The notes under the pieces: generated by a model
Seen by the model: only the letters and a program-made list of their open reading frames with translations
What the model was told of the DNA's origin: nothing
The model's database searches: none
Position numbers and translations under genes: made by a program
In this document: positions 29,419 to 38,289 of the stretch, piece by piece
How the letters are laid out: each line of letters opens with the position of its first letter
Numbering within the stretch: the first letter of the stretch is position 1
DNA from: an uncultured Verrucomicrobiae bacterium
Lineage (GTDB): Bacteria; Verrucomicrobiota; Verrucomicrobiia; Limisphaerales; UBA11358
Direction of reading: 5' to 3'
Length of the DNA stretch: 64,000 bases
Assembly (NCBI GenBank): GCA_963789335.1
Contig: CAWBKH010000002.1
Location: forward strand, 985,355-1,049,354

Positions 29419-30795
29419 ATGAAATTCTTTAAAACTTCGGCCCAAAAGTGCGGCTGCTGGTCAGCTATTTTCACACTCTCCGCCTTCACAGCGGCAGCAG
29501 ACATTCAGGTAACCTATAATGTGGACATGTCGGTCCAAGAACAGCTTGGAAACTTCAATCCGGCGAATGGGGACACGGTTTTTGTCAGTGGCAATTTTGC
29601 GACAACGAACGGTGTGTGGTTGCAAACGGCCACGGATGGATCAACCAACTACATATTGACGTTGGTGCCGGGCACGACCAACTATACTGGTACTTTTACC
29701 ATCACCAACGGGGTTGGAACTGAGGAGAATCACCAGTTTGTGATAAATCCGGGAGGCAATTTCGCCGGCACCTTGATATGGGAACCCAACGTCATCGGCG
29801 GTCCAAACCGATATTTCCCTGTGCCTGCTGTGAACACCAATTTGCCTCTGGTGTTTTTCAATGACGTTTCAAATGCAAATCAGTTGGTCACCATTCCCGT
29901 GACCTTTTCGGTGGACATGTCGGTTCAAAGCGCCTTGGGAAACTTCGATGAGGCCAATGATATTGTTTTGGTCAGCGGCGATTTCAACGGTTTCACCGCC
30001 AATTCCGCAACCGTTATGACGGATAACGGTGCCAATGTCTGGTCTGCGACTTTTGACGTTACCAACTCGATCGGCGCCACCGAAAACTATAAATTTCTCT
30101 TTCTACCCTTTAGCGGCAATCCTTCGAGTGTGTGGGAGGTGGACGGGGTCGGACCTAACGGTGCCAATAACCGCCAATTTGTACTTCCAGACACGGCTAC
30201 CAATCTGCCGATTGCTTACTTTAACAACCTTACCAATGCGAACAGTCTGGTCAGCATCCCTGTGACCTTCCAAGTAAACTTGGGTGTAAAGGACGCCTTG
30301 GGGACTTTCACGCCGGGTGTGGACACGGTCACAGTGTCCGGCGACATCTCGCTTAATGATTGGAGTGCCACAAGTTATCCATTGACGAATACTGTGGCCA
30401 ACCCTGACCTTTATACTGGCACTTATAATGTGGCCAACACGGTGGGTGCCACTACAAGTTATAAATTTGTGGTGGATGGCGGCAGCGGTTTGGGTTGGGA
30501 AGCCAACAATGTAGGGCCGGGGGGCGCTCAAAACCGTCAGCTTGTAGTGCCCAATTCCGCCACCAATTTGCCCATGGTGTATTGGAATAACATTGGCGAT
30601 CTTGGGAAGCTGTCCGTCAGCAACAACGCGGGTAACGCGGTCTTGAAGTGGACTGCGGGCACGCGGGTTCGCCTCCAGAGTTCCACCAGCCTGACCAGTG
30701 GCAGCGGCTGGCAGGATGTTCCCAACACCCAGGGATCAAATTCGGCGTCAATCAACATAAATGGAAAACAATTTTTCCGGTTGACTGGGCCGTGA
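29419..30795 (+). CDS. secreted protein with three tandem ~120-130-aa beta-sandwich-like (CBM-like) repeats and a C-terminal ...FFRLTGP module
   Basis: The repeats start at IQVTYNVDMSVQ (29503), IPVTFSVDMSVQ (29893) and IPVTFQVNLGVK (30255). Each ends ...NR(Y/Q)F..P....NLP..(F/Y)(F/W)N. Confidence 0.75.
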   Translation: MKFFKTSAQKCGCWSAIFTLSAFTAAADIQVTYNVDMSVQEQLGNFNPANGDTVFVSGNFATTNGVWLQTATDGSTNYILTLVPGTTNYTGTFTITNGVGTEENHQFVINPGGNFAGTLIWEPNVIGGPNRYFPVPAVNTNLPLVFFNDVSNANQLVTIPVTFSVDMSVQSALGNFDEANDIVLVSGDFNGFTANSATVMTDNGANVWSATFDVTNSIGATENYKFLFLPFSGNPSSVWEVDGVGPNGANNRQFVLPDTATNLPIAYFNNLTNANSLVSIPVTFQVNLGVKDALGTFTPGVDTVTVSGDISLNDWSATSYPLTNTVANPDLYTGTYNVANTVGATTSYKFVVDGGSGLGWEANNVGPGGAQNRQLVVPNSATNLPMVYWNNIGDLGKLSVSNNAGNAVLKWTAGTRVRLQSSTSLTSGSGWQDVPNTQGSNSASININGKQFFRLTGP

Positions 30796-30856
30796 GTCTC
30801 GGTGCAAACCGGCCACGCTGACGTTTTGTCAGCTTGGAATCGCAAACTGGAGCACG

Positions 30857-30905
30857 AAGCTGGAGCTGTTGAAAACGAAACCTGAAATAGCTCCAGCTTT
30901 GAGTT
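30857..30905 (+). terminator. probable terminator hairpin
   Basis: Perfect 11-bp stem AAGCTGGAGCT/AGCTCCAGCTT, 21-nt loop, then TGAGTT. Confidence 0.5.
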
Positions 30906-30936
30906 AATGTAAAAGAACTAAATCGAAAGCAGCATT

Positions 30937-32241
30937 TTGAAATTGAAGTTTATAAATCTGATATTATGCGCGGCGGCGCTTTTTGCCCCTTGGCAGTCGC
31001 CCGCGCAGAATAATTTTATCGCAGGCGCGGATCTTTCGCTCCTGGCCTATTTTGAAACGAACGGAATTGTGTACAAAGACAATGGTCAGACGGGAGACGC
31101 AATTCAAATTCTAAAAAATCACGGCATTAACTGCGTACGTTTGCGACTGTTCACGAGCAGCGCCGCGCAGGCGCAGGCCGATCCGTACAATTACATCAAC
31201 AATCTCACGTATACCGTCCCGTTGGCAGTGCGCGTCAAAAATGCCGGGTTGCAGTTCTGTCTTGATTTTCATTACTCGGACACCTGGGCCGATCCCGGTC
31301 ACCAGGCCATCCCTGACGCTTGGACAAACCTGGACTTCATCCAGCTTGTTCAACAGATGCGCACCTACAACAGCAACAGCATTGCCGCCTTTGCCGGCGC
31401 GGGAGCGATGCCTGATTATGTGCAGATCGGCAATGAGATCACCGCTGGCATGTTGTGGCCGTATGGATATGTTTCGGGCAGCTACAACACGTCATGGTCG
31501 CAACTCGGTCAATTAATGAAAGCAGCAGTTCAGGGCATCCACGACGCGGTGAATGCGACGGGCGCTCAAATGCCAAAAATTATTGTTCACATTGACCGCG
31601 GTGGAGATTGGAGCACCACGGAATGGTTTTTTGATAACCTGACCTATCAAGGGGTTCCTTTTGACATCATCGGCGAGAGCTATTACCCATTTTATCACGG
31701 ACCGTTGACGAATGTAACCACCTGTCTCAATAACGCCGCTCAACGCTACGGCAAGCCAATCTTCATAGCCGAGACAGATTTCCCCTGGATTTACTCGACG
31801 AACATTTACGGCATTCCGGCCACCACCAATGGTCAGGTTCAATTTGTGGTCGCACTGGCCCAAGTTGTGAAGATCGTGCCAAACAATTTAGGAGCCGGAA
31901 TTTTTTGGTGGGGAGCGGAATATCAATACCCCAACGCAAACGAGGCTGGAGTTGGCACCCGATCGCTCTTCGATAACAACGGCAACGTTCTGCCAGCGGC
32001 GGACGCCTTGGGCCAGCTCTCAGCTCCGATTGATTTAAACGTCAGCTTCAGCGGCTCCGATTTGATGCTGCAATGGCCATTGAGTGGAGCGGGAATGGAC
32101 TTGATGACGACAACAAATCTGGCGCCGCCAATGGTTTGGCAGTCTGTGACCAACCCCATTCAAAGTACGGGAACGGTGTATAATGTAACCCTGCCCTTGG
32201 ATTCCGTGCAGAGTCGTTTTTACCGTCTGCAATCAAATTGA
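30937..32241 (+). CDS. glycoside hydrolase family 53 (second copy) with a C-terminal ...FYRLQSN module
   Basis: GADLSLLAYFETNG, VRLRLF, VQIGNEITAGMLWP and IGESYYPFYHG. The start is a TTG per the ORF track. Confidence 0.85.
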   Translation: MKLKFINLILCAAALFAPWQSPAQNNFIAGADLSLLAYFETNGIVYKDNGQTGDAIQILKNHGINCVRLRLFTSSAAQAQADPYNYINNLTYTVPLAVRVKNAGLQFCLDFHYSDTWADPGHQAIPDAWTNLDFIQLVQQMRTYNSNSIAAFAGAGAMPDYVQIGNEITAGMLWPYGYVSGSYNTSWSQLGQLMKAAVQGIHDAVNATGAQMPKIIVHIDRGGDWSTTEWFFDNLTYQGVPFDIIGESYYPFYHGPLTNVTTCLNNAAQRYGKPIFIAETDFPWIYSTNIYGIPATTNGQVQFVVALAQVVKIVPNNLGAGIFWWGAEYQYPNANEAGVGTRSLFDNNGNVLPAADALGQLSAPIDLNVSFSGSDLMLQWPLSGAGMDLMTTTNLAPPMVWQSVTNPIQSTGTVYNVTLPLDSVQSRFYRLQSN

Positions 32242-32275
32242 CCATGTCGCAAGCAACAAAGATCAGAACAGAAAA

Positions 32276-33094
32276 ATGACGACCGAAAAGCGATTGAAAT
32301 GTTCTGCAACACTGTTGGGGTTCACCCTCATTGAATTGCTGGTGGTGATCGCAATTATCGCCATACTTGCAGCGATGCTGTTGCCGGCGCTGGCCGCGGC
32401 CAAAAAGCGCGGCCAAATGGCTGTTGATATCAGCAATAACCGGCAAATTTTGCTGGCAATGACCATGTATGCCGGAGACTACAACGATCGTATGCCCCAG
32501 CCCGGCTGGGGTACGTTTGATGATTGCTGGGCGTCCTCGTCGAATATAAACAATCATCTTGGCGGGAGCTATAGCCTTTATCAGCAAAATTACACTAATC
32601 AATTGGCGGACTTCCAAAATGGCCAGCTCTATCCCTACCTCAAGGATCCAAAGATCATGCTGTCTCCGGCTGATGTACAGAATCAGCAATTCTACCTGCG
32701 TCCAATCTATATTACCAGCTACGTTTGGAATGGTGCGGTCATCGGGTACGATAACGGGGCTTTCCCCACTTCCAGTGGCCACGTGCCCGTCCCCTTCAAA
32801 CTGGGCCAGTTCAAGTCAAGCGCGATCCTGATCTGGGAAGCCGACGAGACACAACCTTTCTTTTTTAATGACTTTGCCAATTATCCTGACCAAGGGATTT
32901 CAGGCCGTTATGGCAAGGGGGCGATAGTCGGATACTTCGATGGCAGTGCCGGGCGGATAAGTATCGGTGACTTTTCAGCCTGGGCTGGCTGCGCGAACGG
33001 TGTCTGGGACGTACAAGGTGGATCACGATGGCGATTTGTAAAAAATCTTCCCAATCAACTGTGGTGCAGCCCCATCAATAACGGTGCCCCGTGA
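32276..33094 (+). CDS. pseudopilin-like protein (prepilin-type N-terminal cleavage/methylation domain), second copy
   Basis: [32 protein letters not shown] and C-terminal VGYFDGSAG. Confidence 0.8.
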   Translation: MTTEKRLKCSATLLGFTLIELLVVIAIIAILAAMLLPALAAAKKRGQMAVDISNNRQILLAMTMYAGDYNDRMPQPGWGTFDDCWASSSNINNHLGGSYSLYQQNYTNQLADFQNGQLYPYLKDPKIMLSPADVQNQQFYLRPIYITSYVWNGAVIGYDNGAFPTSSGHVPVPFKLGQFKSSAILIWEADETQPFFFNDFANYPDQGISGRYGKGAIVGYFDGSAGRISIGDFSAWAGCANGVWDVQGGSRWRFVKNLPNQLWCSPINNGAP

Positions 33095-33398
33095 CCCATT
33101 CGAAGACGATCTTCGCCATTTTGTCAGCCGGGCCAATTTGCTCATGAAGATAAGCAACAAGCAGATTATTCAAACGCCGCTAACGGCCAACGAGATCAGC
33201 AAGCGAATATCGGATGTGAAGCTTAAGCCGGTCGGACAAAGACACGGATGAACGCTACAGTTTGATAGCCTAAAAAGCGCGGCTCGGACATTGGACTTAT
33301 CAAAACCGGATAACTTATCAGTGAAGCCATAGAATCATATCCGATTCTTTGCCATCTGGTTACAATGACACTTTTACGCTTGACGTTTTTCTCAAACC

Positions 33399-33424
33399 AG
33401 CTACCTTGTTAAAAAAAGGTAGCT
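33399..33424. promoter_or_regulatory. perfect 9-bp inverted repeat AGCTACCTT-N8-AAGGTAGCT upstream of padR (candidate operator)
   Basis: Read directly; it ends 13 nt before the padR ATG. Confidence 0.55.
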
Positions 33425-33437
33425 TGCGGTATATTTA

Positions 33438-33767
33438 ATGATGAGTGTGAACGAAAAATTTTCGGCGATCCGGAAGGGCCTGCTCGAATTCCTCGTGCTG
33501 CAGATTATCGCGGCGGAAAAGGTCTATGTGGCGGACATTTTGAAGCAGTTGAGCACGACTCAATTCGCCACCCAGGAAGGCACGCTGTATCCGTTGTTGA
33601 GCAAAATGCGCCGCGAAGGGCTTCTGGATTACGAGTGGAAGGAGTCCGAAGCCGGCCCGCCTCGCAAATATTACCAACTGACCGCGAAAGGCCGCGAGCA
33701 GTTGCGAGAAACGCTGGAGTATTGGATTGAGATCAACGGGACGGTGAAAAAACTGGGGCAAAAATAG
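33438..33767 (+). CDS. PadR-family transcriptional regulator
   Basis: LEFLVLQII...GTLYPLLSKMRREGLLDYEWKESEAGPPRKYYQLTAKGRE. Confidence 0.9.
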   Translation: MMSVNEKFSAIRKGLLEFLVLQIIAAEKVYVADILKQLSTTQFATQEGTLYPLLSKMRREGLLDYEWKESEAGPPRKYYQLTAKGREQLRETLEYWIEINGTVKKLGQK

Positions 33768-33784
33768 AAAGGAAACAACCTGTC

Positions 33785-34948
33785 ATGAATAAGGTCATTA
33801 CCATCAATCTGGGCGGCAACGCCTATCAACTCGAGGAAGGCGGCTATGACGCCCTGCGCGCCTATCTGGAAACCGCAACCGCCCGGCTGCAAGGCAATCC
33901 CGACCGGGACGAAATCCTCTCGGACATCGAACGGGCCATCGCGGAGAAGTTCCGCGCGCTTCTGTCCAGTCATAAAACGGTCGTCGAAACCAAGGAAGTC
34001 GCCGCTGTTCTCGCGCAGATGGGGCCGATTGAAGTGGAACCGGGCGAAACCACAGGCACGGGCGCAAGGAGTACCGGCAGCCAGAGCAGCGCGAGCGGAC
34101 AGAAGACGGCGGGAGAGGAACGGGCGGCAGGGAGTAGTGGAGCGCCAAGGCGGCTCTACAGGATTCAGGAGGGCGCGATGATTGCCGGCGTGTGCAATGG
34201 AATCGCCGCCTATCTGAACATCGATCCCACTCTCGTGCGGATTGCCTTCGTTCTTTTGACGATATTTTGGGGCATGGGCTTGATTGTCTATGTGGTGATG
34301 GCGATTGTGGTGCCCGAGGCGCGGTCGCCGGAAGAAAAGGCGGCGGCGTCCGGTTTCCCCTCGACGGCGCAGGAATTCATTCGGCGCGCGAAAGAAGGAT
34401 ATTACGAGGCGATGAGGGGCTTTCCGGACCGCAAGGCCCGCCACGAATGGCATCGCCGGTTTAAGCGGGAAATGCGCACGCATGCGGATCAGTGGCGGTA
34501 CAACTGGCACAGCTATTGGGCGCGACATGCACCGTATCATCCCGGAATGGGTTTTGCGCTGCCCTTGCTCTCGTTGCTGCAAGGCGCGGCGACGGTTCTG
34601 TTAATCTGCGCCCTAATCTCACTTCTGGCGACGGGCACCGTGTTCGGGCTGGTGCTCTCGGCCAGCGTGCCGGTGTGGGTCGCGGCGTTGCTGTTGCTCA
34701 TCGCCTACGGCATTCTCGTGGGACCGCTGAAATTTGCGCGGCGCTCGTGTTATTGGGGCTTGGGCCAATCGCAATGGGCTTGGTCGTTCGCTTCCTTTTT
34801 GGATGCAGCGATCTGGCTCGCGGTGGTCGTCGCCCTGCTGTGGCTGGCCGTCCATTATTTTCCGGAACTGCGCGACGCAATTCGCGGTATCCCTTCAGTC
34901 CTGCATCAAGCTGCGGACGACATCCGCACGTGGTGGCATGGGAAGTGA
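33785..34948 (+). CDS. PspC-domain membrane protein
   Basis: RLYRIQEGAMIAGVCNGIAAYLNIDPTLVRIAFVLLTIF plus several C-terminal TM helices. Confidence 0.8.
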   Translation: MNKVITINLGGNAYQLEEGGYDALRAYLETATARLQGNPDRDEILSDIERAIAEKFRALLSSHKTVVETKEVAAVLAQMGPIEVEPGETTGTGARSTGSQSSASGQKTAGEERAAGSSGAPRRLYRIQEGAMIAGVCNGIAAYLNIDPTLVRIAFVLLTIFWGMGLIVYVVMAIVVPEARSPEEKAAASGFPSTAQEFIRRAKEGYYEAMRGFPDRKARHEWHRRFKREMRTHADQWRYNWHSYWARHAPYHPGMGFALPLLSLLQGAATVLLICALISLLATGTVFGLVLSASVPVWVAALLLLIAYGILVGPLKFARRSCYWGLGQSQWAWSFASFLDAAIWLAVVVALLWLAVHYFPELRDAIRGIPSVLHQAADDIRTWWHGK

Positions 34949-34991
34949 GATGGGCGCACAGCCGTACAGAATGCTGAAAAAACCTTATTCA

Positions 34992-35411
34992 TTATAAACC
35001 AGATTGGCGAAAATCTCTGAGCGTTTGTCGCCAAGGTCTTATCCAGCGACCAGCATTCCGATGCTCCTCGAACAAAACGTCCTTTGCGTCGAGTTGTTCC
35101 CAGCACTGTTCTGCTTCTTTCAACCAACTGCCGACAATGGCGGGTGTTTGTGGGATTTCCGTTTTTACGCTGCCGAATTCGGGGATGTTCGGCACGCCGT
35201 TCGGCGTCGTCTCGATGCGCAGCACGTCCAGGCAACCGACTTGAATGATGGCCGCGCCGAAAAGGTCGGGCTGTGCGGTAATGGCCCGGCCAATCAGGAT
35301 GCCGCCGGCGCTGCCGCCTTTGCCGGCCAGCTTGGCAGGCGACGTGTATTTGGGCTGAACCAAGTATTCCGGCGCGGCTGTTTGTAACATTCTTGTATGT
35401 GTCCTCTCCAC
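34992..35411 (-). pseudogene. remnant of the C-terminal catalytic domain of an S9 prolyl-oligopeptidase-family peptidase
   Basis: YTSPAKLAGKGGSAGGILIGRAITAQPDLFGAAIIQVGCLDVLR matches the nucleophile-elbow region (GGS-x-GG...RPDLF). The >500 aa normally upstream are absent: only about 100 nt separate it from tkt. Confidence 0.7.
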
Positions 35412-35510
35412 TTTCCGCCGCGAGTCAAAAGCAAACGATACCGACTTTTCACCGTGCTCCCAATTTACCCATCATTTCACTCTTGGCTTTCGCCGCCTCT
35501 CGCGTAAACT

Positions 35511-37355
35511 ATGGGTTCCATGATTGATACTGATATTGAATTATTGAAGGGCATTGCGAACCAGTTGCGGATTCATTCGATCACCGCAACCACCGCGGCC
35601 GGCAGCGGTCACCCGACCTCGTGCTGCTCGGCGGCGGACTTGGTGTCGGCGTTGTTTTTCGGCCACATGCGTTATGACGCGAAGAATCCCCATTACCACA
35701 ACAACGACCGTTTTATTCTCTCCAAGGGTCACGCCGCACCGTTGCTTTACGCCGCGTGGGCGGAAACCGGTTTGTTCCCGACGGAAGAATTGTTGAAGCT
35801 CCGCAAATTTGGCAGCGACCTTGAAGGCCATCCGACACCGCGGCTCGCATTTGTGGATGTGGCCACAGGTTCGCTCGGCCAAGGTTTGAGCGTCGGGGCC
35901 GGCATGGCGCTGGCCGCGCGGCTCGACAAGCTTGATTACAACACCTATGTCCTGCTTGGCGACGGCGAAATTGCCGAAGGTTCCGTCTGGGAGGCCGCGT
36001 CGTTCGCCGGCGTTTACAAACTCAATAATCTTATCGCCCTCGTGGACGCGAATCGCCTCGGCCAGAGCGAGGCCACAGCCTTCGGCCATGACATCGGTGT
36101 TTATCGCAAACGGTTTGAAGCCTTCGGCTGGCGGGTGGAAGATATTGATGGCCATGATCTTGAAGAAATTTCGGAGGTACTCGGCGGCGTCGGCCTGAAC
36201 GATCAACCGCTGGCCATCATCGCCAAGACCTACAAGGGCGCGGGCGTTTCCTTTTTGCAGGACAAGGATGGCTGGCATGGCAAACCGTTGAACCAGGAAG
36301 AAGCGGCCAAGGCCATCGCCGAACTTCAGCCGAGTTCGAAATCCGGCGTCGGCGTGGCCATTCCCGCGCCGCATCAACTGCCCGCGCCGAGCAATGCCGC
36401 GCCCGCGAGTTACCCGCCGCTCAATTACAAAATTGGCGACTCGGTCGCCACGCGTGAAGCCTACGGCAACGCGCTCGCCCGCATCGGCGAAGTGGATCAA
36501 CGCATCGTTGCCGTGGACGGTGACACGAAAAATTCCACCTACGCCGATAAATTCTTCAAAAAATTCCCGGATCGTTCCATTGAAGGTTACATCGCCGAAC
36601 AAAACATGGTCGGCGTGGCCACGGGCTTCGGCGCGCGCGGCAAGGTGCCATTCGCCTCCACGTTTGCGTGCTTCTTCACGCGCGCGTTCGATCAGATTCG
36701 TGTCGCGGGCATTTCGCAGGCGAACTTGAAACTCGCCGGCTCGCATGTCGGCGTGAGCATCGGCGAGGACGGCCCGTCGCAGATGGGTTTGGAGGATCTG
36801 GCGATGATGCGTGCGATTGCCGGCAGCACGGTGTTGTATCCGGGCGACGCGGTTGCCGCTGAAAAACTGGTCGAACAGATGTCGCAAACCAAGGGCATCT
36901 TTTACCTGCGCACGTCGCGTCCCAAATCGCCGGTGATTTACAACAACGACGAGTCATTTCCCATCGGCGGCGCGAAGGTGTTGCGCCAAAATGCGGGTGA
37001 CAAAGTCACGGTCGTCGCCGCCGGCGTCACCTTGCTTGAAGCGCTCAAAGCCGCCGACACTTTGAAGAACGAAGGCGTCGGCATCACGGTTATTGACGCT
37101 TATAGCGTCAAACCACTCGGCAAGGACGCAATTCTAGCCGCCGCGCAAAAGACGAACAACACCGTCATCACCGTCGAAGACCACTATACGGAAGGCGGTT
37201 TGGGTGACGCGGTCGCGGGCGAGTTGAGCACGGACGGAATCAAAGTCCACAAGCTCGCCGTAACGGCGTTACCGCGCTCCGGCAAGCCGGAGGAATTGCT
37301 GGCGCACTTCGGCATTGACGCCGCAGGGATTGTGAAAAGGGTCAAGGCGTTATAA
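35511..37355 (+). CDS. tkt: transketolase
   Basis: SGHPTSCCSAADL, LGDGEIAEGSVWEA and GEDGPSQMGLEDLAMMR. Confidence 0.95.
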   Translation: MGSMIDTDIELLKGIANQLRIHSITATTAAGSGHPTSCCSAADLVSALFFGHMRYDAKNPHYHNNDRFILSKGHAAPLLYAAWAETGLFPTEELLKLRKFGSDLEGHPTPRLAFVDVATGSLGQGLSVGAGMALAARLDKLDYNTYVLLGDGEIAEGSVWEAASFAGVYKLNNLIALVDANRLGQSEATAFGHDIGVYRKRFEAFGWRVEDIDGHDLEEISEVLGGVGLNDQPLAIIAKTYKGAGVSFLQDKDGWHGKPLNQEEAAKAIAELQPSSKSGVGVAIPAPHQLPAPSNAAPASYPPLNYKIGDSVATREAYGNALARIGEVDQRIVAVDGDTKNSTYADKFFKKFPDRSIEGYIAEQNMVGVATGFGARGKVPFASTFACFFTRAFDQIRVAGISQANLKLAGSHVGVSIGEDGPSQMGLEDLAMMRAIAGSTVLYPGDAVAAEKLVEQMSQTKGIFYLRTSRPKSPVIYNNDESFPIGGAKVLRQNAGDKVTVVAAGVTLLEALKAADTLKNEGVGITVIDAYSVKPLGKDAILAAAQKTNNTVITVEDHYTEGGLGDAVAGELSTDGIKVHKLAVTALPRSGKPEELLAHFGIDAAGIVKRVKAL

Positions 37356-37380
37356 ACGCGGAAAATTTCCGAAATTCCAG

Positions 37381-37420
37381 AAGCGCGGAGAACTTTCTCC
37401 GCGCTTTTCTTTGGGTTTTC
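37381..37420 (+). terminator. rho-independent terminator after tkt
   Basis: AAGCGCGGAGA ACTT TCTCCGCGCTT followed by TTCTTTGGGTTTT. Confidence 0.8.
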
Positions 37421-37479
37421 GGCATTCGCAAGGTTATTTTTTGCCAATTTGGCGAAAGTGAGGCAAATTGTTGCGGGAT

Positions 37480-38043
37480 ATGAGCGCGAATGGGAAATCC
37501 CTCAAAGGCCAGTTGCTGCTGGACGGCGGTGATTTGAACGGCTCCTTTTTTCATCGCACGGTCGTGTTGATTTGCCAGCATGACACCGACGGAGCGTTTG
37601 GCCTCGTGCTCAATCACTCGCTCGGCAAAACGGTGGGCGAGATGATTGTTGCCGACCTGCCCGAAACGCTCAAGGAAGCGCCGCTGTATCTCGGCGGACC
37701 GGTGCAGCCCGCCGCCCTGAGCTTTTTGCACACGGACAATTTCATTCCCAACGCCGACGTGCTGCCCAATCTGGCGCTCGGACATTCGCTTGATGAACTG
37801 GTGGACATTGGTGAATCATTTTCGTCGGAGAAAAAAGTCAGAATGTTCGCGGGCTACGCCGGGTGGTCGCCCGGCCAGTTGGAGACCGAAATGAAGCGCA
37901 AGGCGTGGCTCACATTTCCCGCTTCCTTGGAACTGGTCTTCGAGACGCCGCCCGAACAGCTCTGGCAAAAAATCCTGAAAAGCAAGGGTGGCTGGCGCAA
38001 CAAACTGCTCTCGGCAATGCCGGAAGATTTGTCGTCGAATTGA
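37480..38043 (+). CDS. yqgE: YqgE/AlgH-family (UPF0301) protein
   Basis: FFHRTVVLICQHDTDGAFGLVLN, LYLGGPVQP and FAGYAGWSPGQLE. Confidence 0.85.
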   Translation: MSANGKSLKGQLLLDGGDLNGSFFHRTVVLICQHDTDGAFGLVLNHSLGKTVGEMIVADLPETLKEAPLYLGGPVQPAALSFLHTDNFIPNADVLPNLALGHSLDELVDIGESFSSEKKVRMFAGYAGWSPGQLETEMKRKAWLTFPASLELVFETPPEQLWQKILKSKGGWRNKLLSAMPEDLSSN

Positions 38044-38054
38044 ATTCAATCTTC

Positions 38055-38078
38055 GTAGCAGCCGCCGTGAGTCGGCTC
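38055..38078 (+). repeat. REP-like unit GTAGCAGCCGCCGTGAGTCGGCTC
   Basis: GTAG followed by an AGCCG/CGGCT hairpin. One of four related copies in the window. Confidence 0.75.
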
Positions 38079-38084
38079 TGAATT

Positions 38085-38150
38085 TTGTAGGAGTCGAGGT
38101 AACGAGACTGATTTTTGAAAGTCAGAGACTCCTTACGTCGTCTCCTACAA
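38085..38150. repeat. 66-nt imperfect palindrome bounded by TTGTAGGAG ... CTCCTACAA
   Basis: Terminal 9-bp perfect inverted repeat; the inner arms are partially complementary. Confidence 0.7.
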
Positions 38151-38260
38151 TCCGCCTGCATCCGCTTTCATGCGATTTCAGCGCGACCAGTCTGATTTCC
38201 GTCATCGCCCAGCCTCGTGCGTAAGCCACGCGACCCGTCACCCCTGCGGCATTCGGATTT
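38151..38260 (+). repeat. direct-repeat unit F1 (TCCGCCTGCATC...), with a 30-nt insertion relative to F2
   Basis: About 85% identity (hand count: 10 mismatches in 68 nt) to 38486-38565 outside the insertion. Confidence 0.75.
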
Positions 38261-38289
38261 CGATCGGTTCACCACTTCCCTCATCCCGG

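Noticed and set aside
19413-33094. Genomic island integrated at tRNA-Arg (a lower-GC glycan locus starts 10 nt after the tRNA).
   Set aside because: There is no integrase. I found no direct repeat of the tRNA 3' end near 33.1-33.4 kb, and no mobility genes. The compositional shift is modest, so I treat this as ordinary accessory metabolism rather than a demonstrable island.
33095-33398. A 300-nt ORF-free stretch after the second pseudopilin-like gene, considered as a possible ncRNA or pseudogene.
   Set aside because: No repeats, stable long-range pairing, promoter/terminator pair or recognisable gene remnant are visible by eye. There is not enough evidence to call anything.
33671-34582. 303-aa minus-strand ORF overlapping padR/pspC.
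   Set aside because: It is antisense to two genes with clear family motifs, and its sequence is Arg/Pro-rich low complexity.
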